Source: an uncultured Gammaproteobacteria bacterium
GTDB taxonomy: Bacteria > Patescibacteriota > Microgenomatia > UBA8517
Assembly (NCBI GenBank): GCA_964587425.1
Contig: CAZPLB010000003.1
Location: 1 to 58,762, forward strand
Length of the DNA stretch: 58,762 bases
Direction: 5' to 3'
A program made the position numbers and the translations under genes. The notes beneath the pieces are model-generated. The model was not told the DNA's origin. It was given only the letters and a program-made list of their open reading frames with translations, and did no database searches. Positions 58,078-58,762 of the stretch are shown here, piece after piece. Position 1 is the stretch's first letter. Every line of letters begins with the position of its first letter.

Positions 58078-58762
58078 ATGAAGGAAAATACAAAAATAGC
58101 CATCTTCAAAGGAAAGGAAATCAGAAAAACAATCCATAAAAACGAATGGTGGTTTTCTATTACAGATGTTGTTGGGGTCTTAACAAATAGCAACGCACCC
58201 AGAAGATATTGGAGTGATTTAAAAATTAAGATCAAACAGGAAGGTTACACTGAGTTGTACGAAAAAATCGTACAACTAAAGCTACTCTCATCAGATGGAA
58301 AAATGTATGAGACGGATTGTGCCAATACAGAAACTTTGTTCCGTATTATTCAATCTATCCCTTCCCCCAAAGCAGAGCCATTCAAAAGATGGTTAGCAAA
58401 GGTTGGATATGAACGAGTGCGAGAAATTGAGGATCCAGAGCTCGCCACCAAAAGAACTAGAGCCCTGTATAAAGCCAAGGGATATGGTGACAATTGGATA
58501 GAAAAAAGAATGAGAGGCATTGCTATTCGCGAGGAGTTAACCGACGAATGGAAGAAGCGAAATGTCGGAATGGAAAGAGAATATGCAATTCTAACTGCAG
58601 AAATTTCCAAAGCAACTTTTGGCATGACTCCAAGTCAATACAAGAAGTTTAAGAACCTGGAAAGAGAAAATCTAAGAGATCACATGAATGACCTTGAGTT
58701 AATATTTTCAATGCTTGGCGAAGCTTCAACCACAGAAATTGCAAAACATAAAAATACACAAG
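58078..58762 (+). CDS. Bro-N domain DNA-binding protein (phage antirepressor-like), runs off the window end
   Basis: Hand translation MKENTKIAIFKGKEIR..WWFSITDVV..RIIQSIPSPKAEPFKRWLA..NLRDHM; absent from ORF track because no stop is reached. Confidence 0.9.
   Translation, partial: MKENTKIAIFKGKEIRKTIHKNEWWFSITDVVGVLTNSNAPRRYWSDLKIKIKQEGYTELYEKIVQLKLLSSDGKMYETDCANTETLFRIIQSIPSPKAEPFKRWLAKVGYERVREIEDPELATKRTRALYKAKGYGDNWIEKRMRGIAIREELTDEWKKRNVGMEREYAILTAEISKATFGMTPSQYKKFKNLERENLRDHMNDLELIFSMLGEASTTEIAKHKNTQ

Overview
Low-GC bacterial chromosome segment, genetic code 11. Gene content and style (divergent ribosomal proteins, many ORFans, giant surface proteins, few Shine-Dalgarno sites) suggest a Patescibacteria/CPR organism, probably Microgenomates; this is inference. 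Housekeeping genes include mreB, uppS, gpmI, rplKAJL, nusG, secE, rpsU, rpmG, rpmB, rnhB, def, fmt and five tRNAs. Main highlights: (1) An F1-type ATPase cluster (b-like without membrane anchor, delta, alpha, gamma, beta, short epsilon) with no subunit a or canonical c in the window. It is headed by a membrane protein whose C-terminal hairpin aligns to subunit c but lacks the ion-binding carboxylate. That protein's outer domain is homologous to the autocleaving chaperone domain of a giant HTH-TM-fibre protein encoded divergently next door. (2) An unannotated ~165-nt rod-shaped RNA with 6S RNA architecture at 50374-50540. (3) A 9-nt Shine-Dalgarno in front of rpsU in a largely leaderless, SD-poor window. 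(4) A cytochrome P450, four clustered ATP-grasp ligases, a divergent dockerin/cohesin-like pair and a LAGLIDADG endonuclease between tRNA-Thr and tRNA-Tyr. All family calls come from motif recognition by eye; no searches or folding programs were run.
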